A DNA stretch of 34,616 nucleotides from Methanobacteriota archaeon (GCA_002722615.1 PBMQ01000020.1:26738-61353), one strand, 5' to 3'; numbered from the stretch's first letter, positions 8,432-17,577 are shown. Notes: generated from the letters alone by a model not told the origin. Made by a program: numbers and translations.

Positions 8432-9914
8432 GCGGGTCGAAGTCATCTTCCTCGTCAGACCTGAGCGCCACAAAGCCGCCCTGCCTGAAGCGAAGAAGTG
8501 CTTGCGTTGAAGAGTCAACAAGGTCGTCGTGCTCCCCCGCAGGGAACGCGGCAAACTCCTCCATGACCTCTTCAGCGAATCTTGTCTCCGGAGCCCACAC
8601 GGTCCCAGAGGCGAACAAGTCAGCAACGGCATTAACCCTTGCTATCTTGTCGTTACCACGCGAGGGGGTGTATTCCGAAACCGGAATCCCCATCGCCCGT
8701 AGCTCAAATATAAGCGGCATCCCTGCCGCCTTTCCTTCCACGATAAATGCATCTGGTTGCATTTCGCTCCACATCTCGTAAGCCGTTTTTTTTAGCTCTG
8801 GGAACTCCAGACGTTCTTTGTAGGCATCCAGTAGGATGACATTCGGCTGTGATACGCCGTCATCGTCGGGGTGATAAAAGACACCCCAAGTTGTGCAGGC
8901 AGAGTAGTCCGCCCGTTGAGTTTTTAAGAAAGCTGTGTCCCATGACTGAATCACGAACTCACATTGCGGAGGATAGTCTTTCTCCCAGACCTTCCACCAT
9001 TCTCTCTTGATAAGTGCGCCCTCTTCGGACGTTGGGTTTTGCTGATACTGCGCGTTCCACTTGGGGGAGGGCAGTTCACTCCGCAGAGCCTCAAGCTCCG
9101 TTTGGCTCCAGAACTCAGGCCACAGGGGTTTCCCTGACGGCATGATGGCTGGAAATTCTATAACCTCCCACTCATCGGAGCCTACCCGTTGAGCAGAAGA
9201 CTTAATAATCTTGCCGGTCAGATCACGCATATGCCAGCGTGTCATTACAATGACGATAGCGCCTCCCGGCTGAAGACGCTGTCGAGGCCCAGATGTGTAC
9301 CAGTCATACGTCCGGTCAAACACCGCTGGGTCTGCTGACTGGCCCTCTTGCTCTGAATGAGGGTCGTCAATAATCAAAAGGTCTGCACCTTTACCTGTTA
9401 CCGCACCGCCAACACCGATAGCGAAGTATTCGCCGTTCTTGTTGGTGCTCCAGCGGCCTGCCGCCTTGGAGTCTGCTCTTAGCTGTAGATTGGGAAAGAC
9501 TTTCTTAAAGTCATCCGAGTCCACAAGGTTTCGGACCTTTCGGCCAAAACCCACAGACAATTCCGCGGTGTGCGCCGTCTGGATAATCTTTTTCTCAGGC
9601 ATCTGGCCTAAGAACCATGCTGGTAACAAGTAAGAGGCAAACTCAGACTTGGTGTGCCGTGGTGGCATATTTACGATAAGGCGCTTCAGTTCGCCTCTGG
9701 CAATGCGCTCAAACGCCTCGGCCATGATCTTGTGGTGTCTGCCCTCAATAAATGCAGGCCACATGTGCTTCACAAAACCCATATAGGTGTTCTGTGCCGC
9801 CTCAACTTCTTTTGCAGTCTTGGCCTTTTCTAGTATTTCTGCGGCTCTTAACCGTACCTCTTCAGGTGCGTCCTGTAGCTTCTTGGCTAGATCGGGCGTA
9901 ATTAAGCCTGACAT
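8406..9914 (-). CDS. terL: Terminase large subunit
   Basis: Walker A NMPPRHTKS, Walker B LLIIDDP, coupling motif VMTRWH, nuclease SWDTA and HDDLVDS. Confidence 0.95.
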   Translation of the reverse strand: MSGLITPDLAKKLQDAPEEVRLRAAEILEKAKTAKEVEAAQNTYMGFVKHMWPAFIEGRHHKIMAEAFERIARGELKRLIVNMPPRHTKSEFASYLLPAWFLGQMPEKKIIQTAHTAELSVGFGRKVRNLVDSDDFKKVFPNLQLRADSKAAGRWSTNKNGEYFAIGVGGAVTGKGADLLIIDDPHSEQEGQSADPAVFDRTYDWYTSGPRQRLQPGGAIVIVMTRWHMRDLTGKIIKSSAQRVGSDEWEVIEFPAIMPSGKPLWPEFWSQTELEALRSELPSPKWNAQYQQNPTSEEGALIKREWWKVWEKDYPPQCEFVIQSWDTAFLKTQRADYSACTTWGVFYHPDDDGVSQPNVILLDAYKERLEFPELKKTAYEMWSEMQPDAFIVEGKAAGMPLIFELRAMGIPVSEYTPSRGNDKIARVNAVADLFASGTVWAPETRFAEEVMEEFAAFPAGEHDDLVDSSTQALLRFRQGGFVALRSDEEDDFDPHGRVANYY

Positions 9915-10165
9915 TACGCCATCCGTGCTGTTTTCGTGCGTTTAAACGACCTGTTCTTTGATCTGTTCGCCACCTTCAAGTTGCCCTTCTTGTTAGAGCC
10001 GCCTTTTGCCAGTGGTTTTTTGTGAGCAACATCCTTTCCGTCGCCCTTGGAAACCTTGCCTTCCTTCTCCATCAAGCGCCTAGCGGCCTTCCGCTTATCG
10101 TTGTTTCGGCGCTGTTTTGGCTTGGATTGGTAGTTTTCGTATTCCTTGCGGTAGTTTCGCCTCAT
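9914..10165 (-). CDS. HNH-endonuclease-like small basic protein
   Basis: GDGKDVAHKKPLAKGGSN...NL...NRS HNH-like pattern; TAATG coupling to terL. Confidence 0.7.
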   Translation of the reverse strand: MRRNYRKEYENYQSKPKQRRNNDKRKAARRLMEKEGKVSKGDGKDVAHKKPLAKGGSNKKGNLKVANRSKNRSFKRTKTARMA

Positions 10166-12201
10166 ATCGTGGTCATCACGCCGCCCCTGCGGAAGAACTC
10201 ATCGTTGTAGGGGCCACTATAAAAGCCAAAATTAGGAGCATAGCTTATAGTGTTGTCTAGACCGCCAACCGGAATATCTCTGAATCCACCAAATTGACGA
10301 CCGCTAAAGTATGGATTTCCGAACTGTTCTCTAAAGGGTGTGGTTGTGGGAGAGGGTCCACCTGCCATGACCCCGGAAAAACCACCGCCTGTCGCGTAGG
10401 GGTTGTAACCTCCGCCGAAACCGCCGCCTTTGCCGCCTCCCCCTCTTCCGCCTTTTCCGCCGCCAGATCTAGGCGGCTGGAATCCACCATATGGGCCAAA
10501 GCCAGTGGAGTATCCAGACATCAGTCCGCGGTTAGGCATGTACTGTTGAGACATGCCATAAGGAGAGCCGAAACCTCCGCCCTTACCGAATCCGCCCATA
10601 CCACTAAAGCCCATCGGATTACTCAGGCCGTAAGGACCGGAAAAAAGTTGATTGCCGGTAATGTACTGCCCGGGCATTCTGTAAAGACCGCCAGACGGAT
10701 ATGTTGAGCCGCCCGAAGATGTACCGCCTCCGCCAGATGTGGTGCCTCCACCACCCCCAGATGTATTGTCTGTTACTGCGTCTGCCCTCGCTTGATACTC
10801 GCTTAGGTCAGAGCCATACGGAACATTCGCAAAACCGCCATCTATAGCAAATGGGCTGTTTGCTCTGTCGATTCCGAGTGAGTTCAGATAGGCTTGATAG
10901 TCGTTACTCTGACCAGTGGCCGCACCACGATCATAAGCGAGTTGCACAAGGTTCCGTCTAAGCTGGTCTTCTGTTAATTGACCAGACTCAAGATTCCTCA
11001 TGTACTGGCCGTATCCGCCTGTGAACTCCCCTGTGGCATCGTCTCGTATACCCCTCGCTGGCCTTCTGCCAAATAACGCTTGAGTCGCCGAAAAAACAGG
11101 GTCGCCCGACTGACTGCCTTGGTAGTACAGACTATCTAGCGGGCCGGCCTCATTAATCAGAACATTCCTAAGGTTGGCAGGGTCGTATGCGCCAGCATTC
11201 AATCGCTGGTTGAAGTAGTCCAGACCGGCTTGACTGGGCGATCTGTTAAAAAGCTCTCGGTAATACTGATTAAGCAGGGTGTTGTAATTTGTTGGGCTGA
11301 AACCACCGTCTCCCCCCGAAGAGCTTGCTGAACTGCCACCTCCAGCACCCCCGGTGCTTCCGGACCCTCCAGTACCTCCAGCATTTCCAGTATCTCCGGC
11401 GCCTGCGCTTGAACCTGCACTACCTCCAGAGTCTCCAGTGCCAGAAGTGTCAGCAGTGCTGGCATCTCCAGCAGTGTCCTGCTGAGCAGAATTCGCTTCT
11501 AGTTCGCTTAAAATAGATTCGTAATTCTGCGCCGAACCAGAATTGACCGCCTGAAAGATCTTCTCACCGTAAAAATCTAGTGCTTCACTGTCAGCATCTC
11601 GTCCAAAATATTGACGAAAAAGCTCATTAGCATGTTCTTTTGCTCGGTTTCTTTGAGCTAACCGCGCCGCGCCGGAACTGCCCCCGTCTCCGTAAATGGT
11701 ATTGAAAATGCTTTGGTAGGCACCGAATGTGTCTTGGTTTTGGCTGGGCGTTGAGGATGGTGATGGATCCTGAGCAGGTTCCGACTCGCTTTCTTTAAAT
11801 TTTGCCTTGTAACTGTAATTGACGGGTCGAACGTCAAAGGAAGTGACGGTGCCGTCGGGATTTGCGAAATACTGCTTATCGCCAATCCGCGTAGTCTGAG
11901 AACTTTGAGGGAGTCTGTATAAGTTGCCTTCCGAGTCCGTAACGCTACGGCCTCCGCTGTTCAACATGTTTTGGCGAACGCGCTCCAAGTCAGACATGTT
12001 GCGCGGGTCTTCCTCATAAATGCCGAATGTAGGGTCGTATGTTGTACCACCGCCCAGCAATGCGGAAAACTCTGCCGGAGACAGGGTCTGCCCGGAGCCG
12101 GGAAGCGCCACCAACCCACTAAGCGCACTGCGCCGTCGATAAATCTCAGGGTCTATTTCCGCCAAGGCTGATGGGCTTACATAATCACTGTATTCGGCCA
12201 T
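10162..12201 (-). CDS. Gly-rich protein with DUF4214-like repeats and an aromatic/Gly low-complexity C-terminus
   Basis: 679 aa, AAGGAGG RBS, ATGA coupling; motifs LFRQYFGRDADSEALDFY, YYRELFNRSPSQAGLDYF, QALFGRRPA. Confidence 0.7.
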   Translation of the reverse strand: MAEYSDYVSPSALAEIDPEIYRRRSALSGLVALPGSGQTLSPAEFSALLGGGTTYDPTFGIYEEDPRNMSDLERVRQNMLNSGGRSVTDSEGNLYRLPQSSQTTRIGDKQYFANPDGTVTSFDVRPVNYSYKAKFKESESEPAQDPSPSSTPSQNQDTFGAYQSIFNTIYGDGGSSGAARLAQRNRAKEHANELFRQYFGRDADSEALDFYGEKIFQAVNSGSAQNYESILSELEANSAQQDTAGDASTADTSGTGDSGGSAGSSAGAGDTGNAGGTGGSGSTGGAGGGSSASSSGGDGGFSPTNYNTLLNQYYRELFNRSPSQAGLDYFNQRLNAGAYDPANLRNVLINEAGPLDSLYYQGSQSGDPVFSATQALFGRRPARGIRDDATGEFTGGYGQYMRNLESGQLTEDQLRRNLVQLAYDRGAATGQSNDYQAYLNSLGIDRANSPFAIDGGFANVPYGSDLSEYQARADAVTDNTSGGGGGTTSGGGGTSSGGSTYPSGGLYRMPGQYITGNQLFSGPYGLSNPMGFSGMGGFGKGGGFGSPYGMSQQYMPNRGLMSGYSTGFGPYGGFQPPRSGGGKGGRGGGGKGGGFGGGYNPYATGGGFSGVMAGGPSPTTTPFREQFGNPYFSGRQFGGFRDIPVGGLDNTISYAPNFGFYSGPYNDEFFRRGGVMTTI

Positions 12202-12238
12202 TAACAGCCTCCTTAGTTCGGAAAAAAAGGGTAAATCC

Positions 12239-12363
12239 CCCTAGGAATGTACTAGCTCTAGGAAGTTTCTAGCTAGAAACCACCCATAAACAAAAACTTA
12301 GTAACTTACTAGGCCAGAACAGTCCTAGTGCTAGGAGATTTCTAGATCTAGAACCTTACTAGG
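12239..12363. repeat. CTAG-rich palindrome array 1
   Basis: 11 CTAG in about 125 bp; perfect palindromes GTTTCTAGCTAGAAAC (12265-12280) and TTCTAGATCTAGAA (12340-12353). Confidence 0.85.
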
Positions 12364-12387
12364 TAGAAATACCCCCGGATTGTACAG

Positions 12388-12416
12388 AATATAACCCCTT
12401 GACAGTAACATGTCTA
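12388..12416 (-). promoter_or_regulatory. Sigma70-like promoter pointing into the late operon
   Basis: Minus strand TAGACA (12416-12411), 17-nt spacer, TATATT (12393-12388). Confidence 0.55.
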
Positions 12417-12643
12417 CAGTTAGACGGGTTTTTTGGCCGATTTTTTGTTAATTTTTGGCATTTTGGTCAAATTTTGCAGAAATATAGGGGGGTATGGGGC
12501 TCCTAAGGCGATTTCCCATGAAAAAACCCCCGATTAGACAGTGTGACAGTGAGACAAAGTTCAAAATTAGCTCATTTTTTGAGCGGATCACTATGTATAT
12601 AGAAGCGACATGGCCTCGAGCTACAGGGGGGGTGGGGGTCGCT

Positions 12644-13138
12644 TCAATGGATGTCCACAGTATCTGGCCGATCCCGGGAAAACTCGAGATCGTCTACGTC
12701 TGACGTGTCATCAGCAGTGGCTGAGTCGAGCATCGCATCGAGTTCGGCGAGCAGGTCAGCCGATGACCGCACGTCGACCTCAGCTGTCAGTTCGACAAAG
12801 GCGCCGGATGCGCGGCCCAGTAGCTCCAGAGCGCGGAGCCTGCCGCTATCCTGAGGGCTGGCAGTGAGCGCGAGGTCTCGCAGATGCTTCCTGACCATCT
12901 CACGGTCAGAGAGTGCAGAAGCAACCATACCGGCCTCTCTAGCGCGTATCAGCTGGTCATACCTTGACTTTACCTTGCGTGACCCAGCGAGCCTACTCGC
13001 TCTCTCATGCACGCTCTTGGCCTTGGCCTCCGGCCCCACGTCGAACGCTTCCCGATAGGCGTCAGACTGAGACATACCGCTAGCCCACGCCCGACAGAAG
13101 TGAAGCTGTTTGCTTGTGAGTTCCTTGTCGTCTGCCAT
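12644..13138 (-). CDS. terS: Terminase small subunit
   Basis: LTSKQLHFC...SQSDAYREAF...ASRL HTH-type N-terminus and RLRALELLGR C-terminal motif; AGGAG RBS. Confidence 0.8.
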   Translation of the reverse strand: MADDKELTSKQLHFCRAWASGMSQSDAYREAFDVGPEAKAKSVHERASRLAGSRKVKSRYDQLIRAREAGMVASALSDREMVRKHLRDLALTASPQDSGRLRALELLGRASGAFVELTAEVDVRSSADLLAELDAMLDSATADDTSDVDDLEFSRDRPDTVDIH

Positions 13139-13586
13139 GAGTGCTCCTATAAACTTGTTGCCTGCAAGGGGTCTGCAGATCGTAACCTAGAATTTACTTT
13201 AACTATAGCCCCTAAATGCACTCGGTTGTAACTTCCGATTAAATACCTAAAACGGCCTCTGAGCGACATTAAGACATGACTAGGGGTATGACATGGCTCT
13301 TGATAACATGTCTCACAGAGCCATACAGAGCCTCTGAGGGCATGTTCAACTGCAATTAAATGCTCTGAAACGCACTAAAAAGTCGTCACTAAATCACGCT
13401 TACAGGCCGAACTTAAAGTAGATTCTAGGTCTATCAGCTGTACGTTTTCGCGTAGGTATATAAAAGGCACCATGACTTCAGTGGTATTATTTCACACAAT
13501 GCTTCATGTCAACTTGTCATCAGATAGCCTTATAATCCGCTCACGGGCCGACGGTACCCATGTAAATATTACCGTTAATATTACCA

Positions 13587-13602
13587 ATCCTGTAGGAGGG
13601 AT
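13587..13602 (+). promoter_or_regulatory. Repeated RBS hairpin ATCCTGTAGGAGGGAT, copy 1
   Basis: Identical 16-mer at 14958 and 17578; each lies a few nt before an ATG. Confidence 0.75.
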
Positions 13603-13606
13603 TTGC

Positions 13607-14008
13607 ATGCGAAAAATCGAGACTGAAATGAACGCCGCGGTCATGCTTGGGCGTGACTGGACTCAGGCCAACACCAGCACCAAAAGGATATACGGCGCCG
13701 ATGCGAAGGTGGGCGTATACCTTCATGACAATCACATTGCTACGGTCTGGAATGCCTGCGATGGCCGTGATCGCTGGACCGTCGAGGTCAACACCCGCAC
13801 GCTGAGTGAGTATCCGACGCGCACCACCATGTCGCGGCTACGCGCTCTGGGCGCCGATGTCTGCACGCGCAAAGGTCAGGTCATGCTCGACGGGGAGGCC
13901 TTGTGCGACGTGCTCGTCTCACCTATCAAGCACTACACCCGACCATCGATGCTCACCGGCGACGGCGGCGTGATCGTGCTCGACGAGATTGGAGGTAACG
14001 ACTTGTGA
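13607..14008 (+). CDS. Early hypothetical protein
   Basis: MRKIETEM...VYLHDNHIA...TTMSRLRAL, similar to a recurrent phage early family; start set to ATG 13607 by the RBS. Confidence 0.7.
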   Translation: MRKIETEMNAAVMLGRDWTQANTSTKRIYGADAKVGVYLHDNHIATVWNACDGRDRWTVEVNTRTLSEYPTRTTMSRLRALGADVCTRKGQVMLDGEALCDVLVSPIKHYTRPSMLTGDGGVIVLDEIGGNDL

Positions 14009-14958
14009 GTACATTCATCGAGAACCTATCAAACAACATGTTATTGCTACCCGTTTCGATGGGGCGTATCCAGTTGGAGGTGAAGACTAAAAAGGGCGCC
14101 GATGCGATCAAATCCGCGCTGGGTGTCGCTGAGGGTGTCCGCGCTGGCGGCACCATCGGTGCGCTGGGCGCGATGACTGATCTAGCCGCTGAGTTGATCA
14201 ACCGCCCCTATGGCCACGCACGCACATACACTTACACCCGCACGCTCGCCGCCGCTGTCCGCGGTCATCGCATCGTGACCACTACCCGCACGCCTGAGCA
14301 CCTGACCCGCTATGCTGAGTTCAGGCACGCAATGAACAGCGGTATCGAAGAATTCATGCCGCAGTATGAGACGTACTACAAAAGCACCAATGGCATTGCC
14401 GACATGGGCTCCAGTCAGATCAAGATCCCGCACCCTGACGCCGTGCGCGAGAAGGCCTATATCAACATCGGCGTACCCCAGCAGATCCGGCCTACTGACC
14501 TCGATGGTATGAATCTCCCCGCCGGTCTGGCCGCTGACATTGCCGCACGCACTGACGCCCACATCATGCAACAGGCAGAGGCCGCGAAGACCGCCGCCGT
14601 CGAGGAGTTGGCAAAGGCCGTCGATAACATCGAGAAACAGTTGACCTCAGGCAAACGGCTCCACGACTCGCTGATCTCGAACGCACAGAATGCATCCCGC
14701 AACCTGCGCGAGTTCACCGACTCATTCGACAACGACCCCCGCCTGATCGAGGCCTGCGATATTGTCGACGACCGCATCGCGTCATCTACCCTTGAACAGG
14801 TTAAAAACAGTGAGACGTTGCGCTCTCAGGCGGTCCGCGCCGCGTCTACTGCAAGCAAATCCCTCAAGCGAGTCGCATCGGCCCCCGCCGTGTCCGCACC
14901 CGCTGAGGTTGGCACCATCATCACCGGCGACTCACTGCTCGCTGACTTAATCGACTGA
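14005..14958 (+). CDS. DUF3150-like helical protein
   Basis: 317 aa, GTG start with GGAGG RBS; RLHDSLISNA...DPRL pattern; adjacent to an AAA ATPase and a vWA gene. Confidence 0.55.
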   Translation: MSTFIENLSNNMLLLPVSMGRIQLEVKTKKGADAIKSALGVAEGVRAGGTIGALGAMTDLAAELINRPYGHARTYTYTRTLAAAVRGHRIVTTTRTPEHLTRYAEFRHAMNSGIEEFMPQYETYYKSTNGIADMGSSQIKIPHPDAVREKAYINIGVPQQIRPTDLDGMNLPAGLAADIAARTDAHIMQQAEAAKTAAVEELAKAVDNIEKQLTSGKRLHDSLISNAQNASRNLREFTDSFDNDPRLIEACDIVDDRIASSTLEQVKNSETLRSQAVRAASTASKSLKRVASAPAVSAPAEVGTIITGDSLLADLID

Positions 14959-14973
14959 TCCTGTAGGAGGGAT
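14958..14973 (+). promoter_or_regulatory. Repeated RBS hairpin, copy 2
   Basis: ATCCTGTAGGAGGGAT before ATG 14980. Confidence 0.75.
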
Positions 14974-14979
14974 ATCACA

Positions 14980-16122
14980 ATGCAAAACACAGTAATCAAC
15001 GCAACGATGGCCGACGTGGATAAGATGATCCCCACGATGCTCGCATCACCCCAAGGTTTCCAGCCTCTGGGCCTGATAGGCGCCCCCGCCATGGGTAAAA
15101 CCATGTACTTTCAGACTCGCTTTCGTGAGCATATGGCGAACCACTACGGTGTGCAGGTCGACGATATCGGCATCGTAATCGAGAAGATCGGGCAGGCCGA
15201 AGACGCCGCCGCCGTTAACGGGCTCACCCTGCCCAGCAAGCTGGCAGACGGTACGGTTGCCACTATCAAATCGAAGCCGTCGATATTGGTACGCATCGAG
15301 GCAACCGGCAAAGAGTACGGCGTTCTGCTACTCGACGAGGCCGCTCAGGCTGGCACCCATGTCGTGGGCTCGCTGGGTGACACCTTCAACCGTGCGGAAC
15401 ACAAGGTGGGCGACTGGCCTCTGCCTGAGGGCTGGGTAGTGGTCTTCACCGGCAACCGTGTCGAAGACAAGTCAGGGTCTAGGCAGTTCCCGTTTCACAT
15501 GATCGCAGGCCGTGGCCTTCTCGTTAACTTGTTACAGGATAGAGATGGCTGGGTAGGCTGGGCTCGCGGTGCCGGTATCAACCCGCTGTTTGTCGGATTC
15601 ATTGACGCCGATCTCAACAATGTCGGGTTCGCTGACGCGGTCCCGTCAGAGTATGGACCCTACCTGACGCCCCGCTCAGGTGTTGCCGCCGCCGCTCACC
15701 TTGATGCCTTCATGGCCTCAGAAGAGTTCGATGGCACTGAGATCCCCGCTCACATTATCACCCTGATGGCGATGAATATCGGACAGCGTGCGGCCTCTGC
15801 TCTTAACGAGTACATCAAGACCGCCGACAGCGTCCCCATGGGTCACGAGATCCTTGCTGATCCAGAGGGCGCCATGGTGCCAGACGATACCGGCTTTCAG
15901 CAGTTGGCCGCGAACCGCGCCATGAATGCCATCGTGAGTGAGGCTGACGCTGATGCCGCTCTCACCTATATCGTGCGGTTGCGTCCCGACCTGCAGGTAT
16001 CGTTGGGCACCAAACTGATCCGCCGCTCATCACGAGAAGGCTGGGCTATGGTCTCGCCCATAGCGAACGCCTTCATTCGGAAGTTCTCAGACTTCCTCCC
16101 ACTAGCCGCAGAGGAGCGATAA
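14980..16122 (+). CDS. MoxR-like AAA+ ATPase
   Basis: Walker A GAPAMGKT, Walker B LLLDE, sensor LPEGWVVVFTGNR, TPRS. Confidence 0.85.
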   Translation: MQNTVINATMADVDKMIPTMLASPQGFQPLGLIGAPAMGKTMYFQTRFREHMANHYGVQVDDIGIVIEKIGQAEDAAAVNGLTLPSKLADGTVATIKSKPSILVRIEATGKEYGVLLLDEAAQAGTHVVGSLGDTFNRAEHKVGDWPLPEGWVVVFTGNRVEDKSGSRQFPFHMIAGRGLLVNLLQDRDGWVGWARGAGINPLFVGFIDADLNNVGFADAVPSEYGPYLTPRSGVAAAAHLDAFMASEEFDGTEIPAHIITLMAMNIGQRAASALNEYIKTADSVPMGHEILADPEGAMVPDDTGFQQLAANRAMNAIVSEADADAALTYIVRLRPDLQVSLGTKLIRRSSREGWAMVSPIANAFIRKFSDFLPLAAEER

Positions 16123-16124
16123 GC

Positions 16125-17546
16125 ATGAAAGCTAAAAAGCTATACGCCGCAACGCACGATCTGACCAACAGCCGCAAGCATGTCGCGGCCATGATTATCC
16201 TGAATGCGAAGACGCCGGTCCACTACACCACCCTGCTGGCCACTGAGATCATATGGACCACAGCTATCCCTACCGGTGCCACTGACGGCGTGTGGGTGTA
16301 CATCAACCCTGAGTTTTACCGCGGGTTGGCGACTGACGGTCAGCGTGCATTCCTGCTGGCTCACGAGGTGTCGCACATTATCCTGCGACACCCCCAGCGC
16401 AGTCTGGCCTATCAGAAGCGCGGGTTCTTCCGGCATGGCATGAGGTTCGTGCACCGCATCTACAACAGCGCCGCCGACTATGTGATTGACGCTGACTTGG
16501 TCGCGATGGGGTTTGAGATGATCCCTGAGTGTCTCTATTCAGACAAGTATCAGCGCGATGACGTTGTCGATGCCGTGTACGCGGACATCTACAAGGATCA
16601 GCCCGAAGAGCCTGAGCACGGCGAGCCTGAGGGTGAAGAGGGCGGTTTCCCGTCTCCTGAGTCTGGCAACTCTCAGCCCAATGGGGACGGTGAGGAAACT
16701 GAAGGCGAGCCCAATGGTGCAGGTACTCAGAGCGGTGAGCCTACTGACAACATGTCATCAGGAGAAGGTGACCTGCCCGCACCCGCAGGCCACGACTACC
16801 ACCTCACCCCTGAGTATGAGGGCGATGCCGACGAGCAGGCCGATGCCGCCGCTCAAGACGAGCACGACATCAGCGAGGCGATCGACCGCGGTCTGGATCA
16901 GATGGAAGCTGAGGGCAAGGATACCTCGAAGGTCTCCGACAACGTCAGGGACGGCGGCAACCGCTACCGCTCAGACAAGCAATCCAATGTGGCGTGGAAT
17001 GCTGAACTTGCTGACCGTGTCAGCCGTGTGGGCAGGGGCGAGCGCACCAGCTTCTCCCGCATCAAGGTTCGGCAGTATGCCACTATCGGCGTGATCAGCC
17101 CTGAGACGCTGGGCGAGTTTACCCGCCTGACCGTGATCAGCGATATCTCATCGTCTGTCAGGGACGAGCCCTTCAAGGCCTACCTCAACGAGTTGGCCGC
17201 AATTCAGGACGCGGTCAACCCTATTGAGGGCGTGACCATTCTCTGGACTAACCATCAGGTCGAGCGTGCAGACGAGGCCTACTCTAGCGACGAGCTTCTC
17301 AACATCGAAATGCCATGGAAAGGTGGCGGCACGCGCATGTATGCCGGTCTCGATTGGCTGGATCAGAACGGCGTCGAGTCTGACCTGATCATGGTGTTCA
17401 CTGACGGCGAGTTATACGGCAACGACTGGACCCGTCTGGGCGCTCAAGATGACCTGCTGGTCGTGCTGGACCGCGAGCCTGACCTCTACACCCAGCGTGA
17501 GCTTGTCAGTCACGACATCGACTACATCGTCGCTGAGGCGGCGTAA
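16125..17546 (+). CDS. DUF2201-type metallopeptidase plus vWA-like domain protein
   Basis: ATDG, HEVSH (HExxH), acidic linker, then MIDAS-like DISSS, GGGT, FTDG. Confidence 0.85.
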   Translation: MKAKKLYAATHDLTNSRKHVAAMIILNAKTPVHYTTLLATEIIWTTAIPTGATDGVWVYINPEFYRGLATDGQRAFLLAHEVSHIILRHPQRSLAYQKRGFFRHGMRFVHRIYNSAADYVIDADLVAMGFEMIPECLYSDKYQRDDVVDAVYADIYKDQPEEPEHGEPEGEEGGFPSPESGNSQPNGDGEETEGEPNGAGTQSGEPTDNMSSGEGDLPAPAGHDYHLTPEYEGDADEQADAAAQDEHDISEAIDRGLDQMEAEGKDTSKVSDNVRDGGNRYRSDKQSNVAWNAELADRVSRVGRGERTSFSRIKVRQYATIGVISPETLGEFTRLTVISDISSSVRDEPFKAYLNELAAIQDAVNPIEGVTILWTNHQVERADEAYSSDELLNIEMPWKGGGTRMYAGLDWLDQNGVESDLIMVFTDGELYGNDWTRLGAQDDLLVVLDREPDLYTQRELVSHDIDYIVAEAA

Positions 17547-17547
17547 C

Positions 17548-17565
17548 GGGGGCACTGCCCCCTTT
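17548..17565 (+). terminator. Rho-independent terminator (short U-tract)
   Basis: GGGGGC-ACT-GCCCCC-TTT immediately after the vWA gene stop. Confidence 0.6.
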
Positions 17566-17577
17566 CATTAACAAGTT

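Noticed and set aside
8447-8632. N-terminal extension of the hydroxylase ORF in the ORF track
   Set aside because: Lies inside terL in another frame; family similarity starts only near 8431.
83-12171. Many plus-strand ORFs opposite the structural genes (e.g. 83..472, 2947..3648, 7616..8263)
   Set aside because: Antisense shadows of well-supported minus-strand genes; no RBS or recognisable motifs.
12239-12363. CTAG arrays or the 16-bp RBS repeats as a mini-CRISPR
   Set aside because: No constant-length repeat-spacer periodicity. The Cas4-like nuclease sits in a normal phage recombination module.
12399-12426. Plus-strand TTGACA promoter
   Set aside because: The only candidate -10 is TAGACG at 16 nt and there is no downstream plus-strand gene; the overlapping minus-strand promoter fits better.
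13472-13606. N-terminal extension of the first early ORF
   Set aside because: The conserved RBS motif points to ATG 13607; the upstream part looks like promoter DNA.
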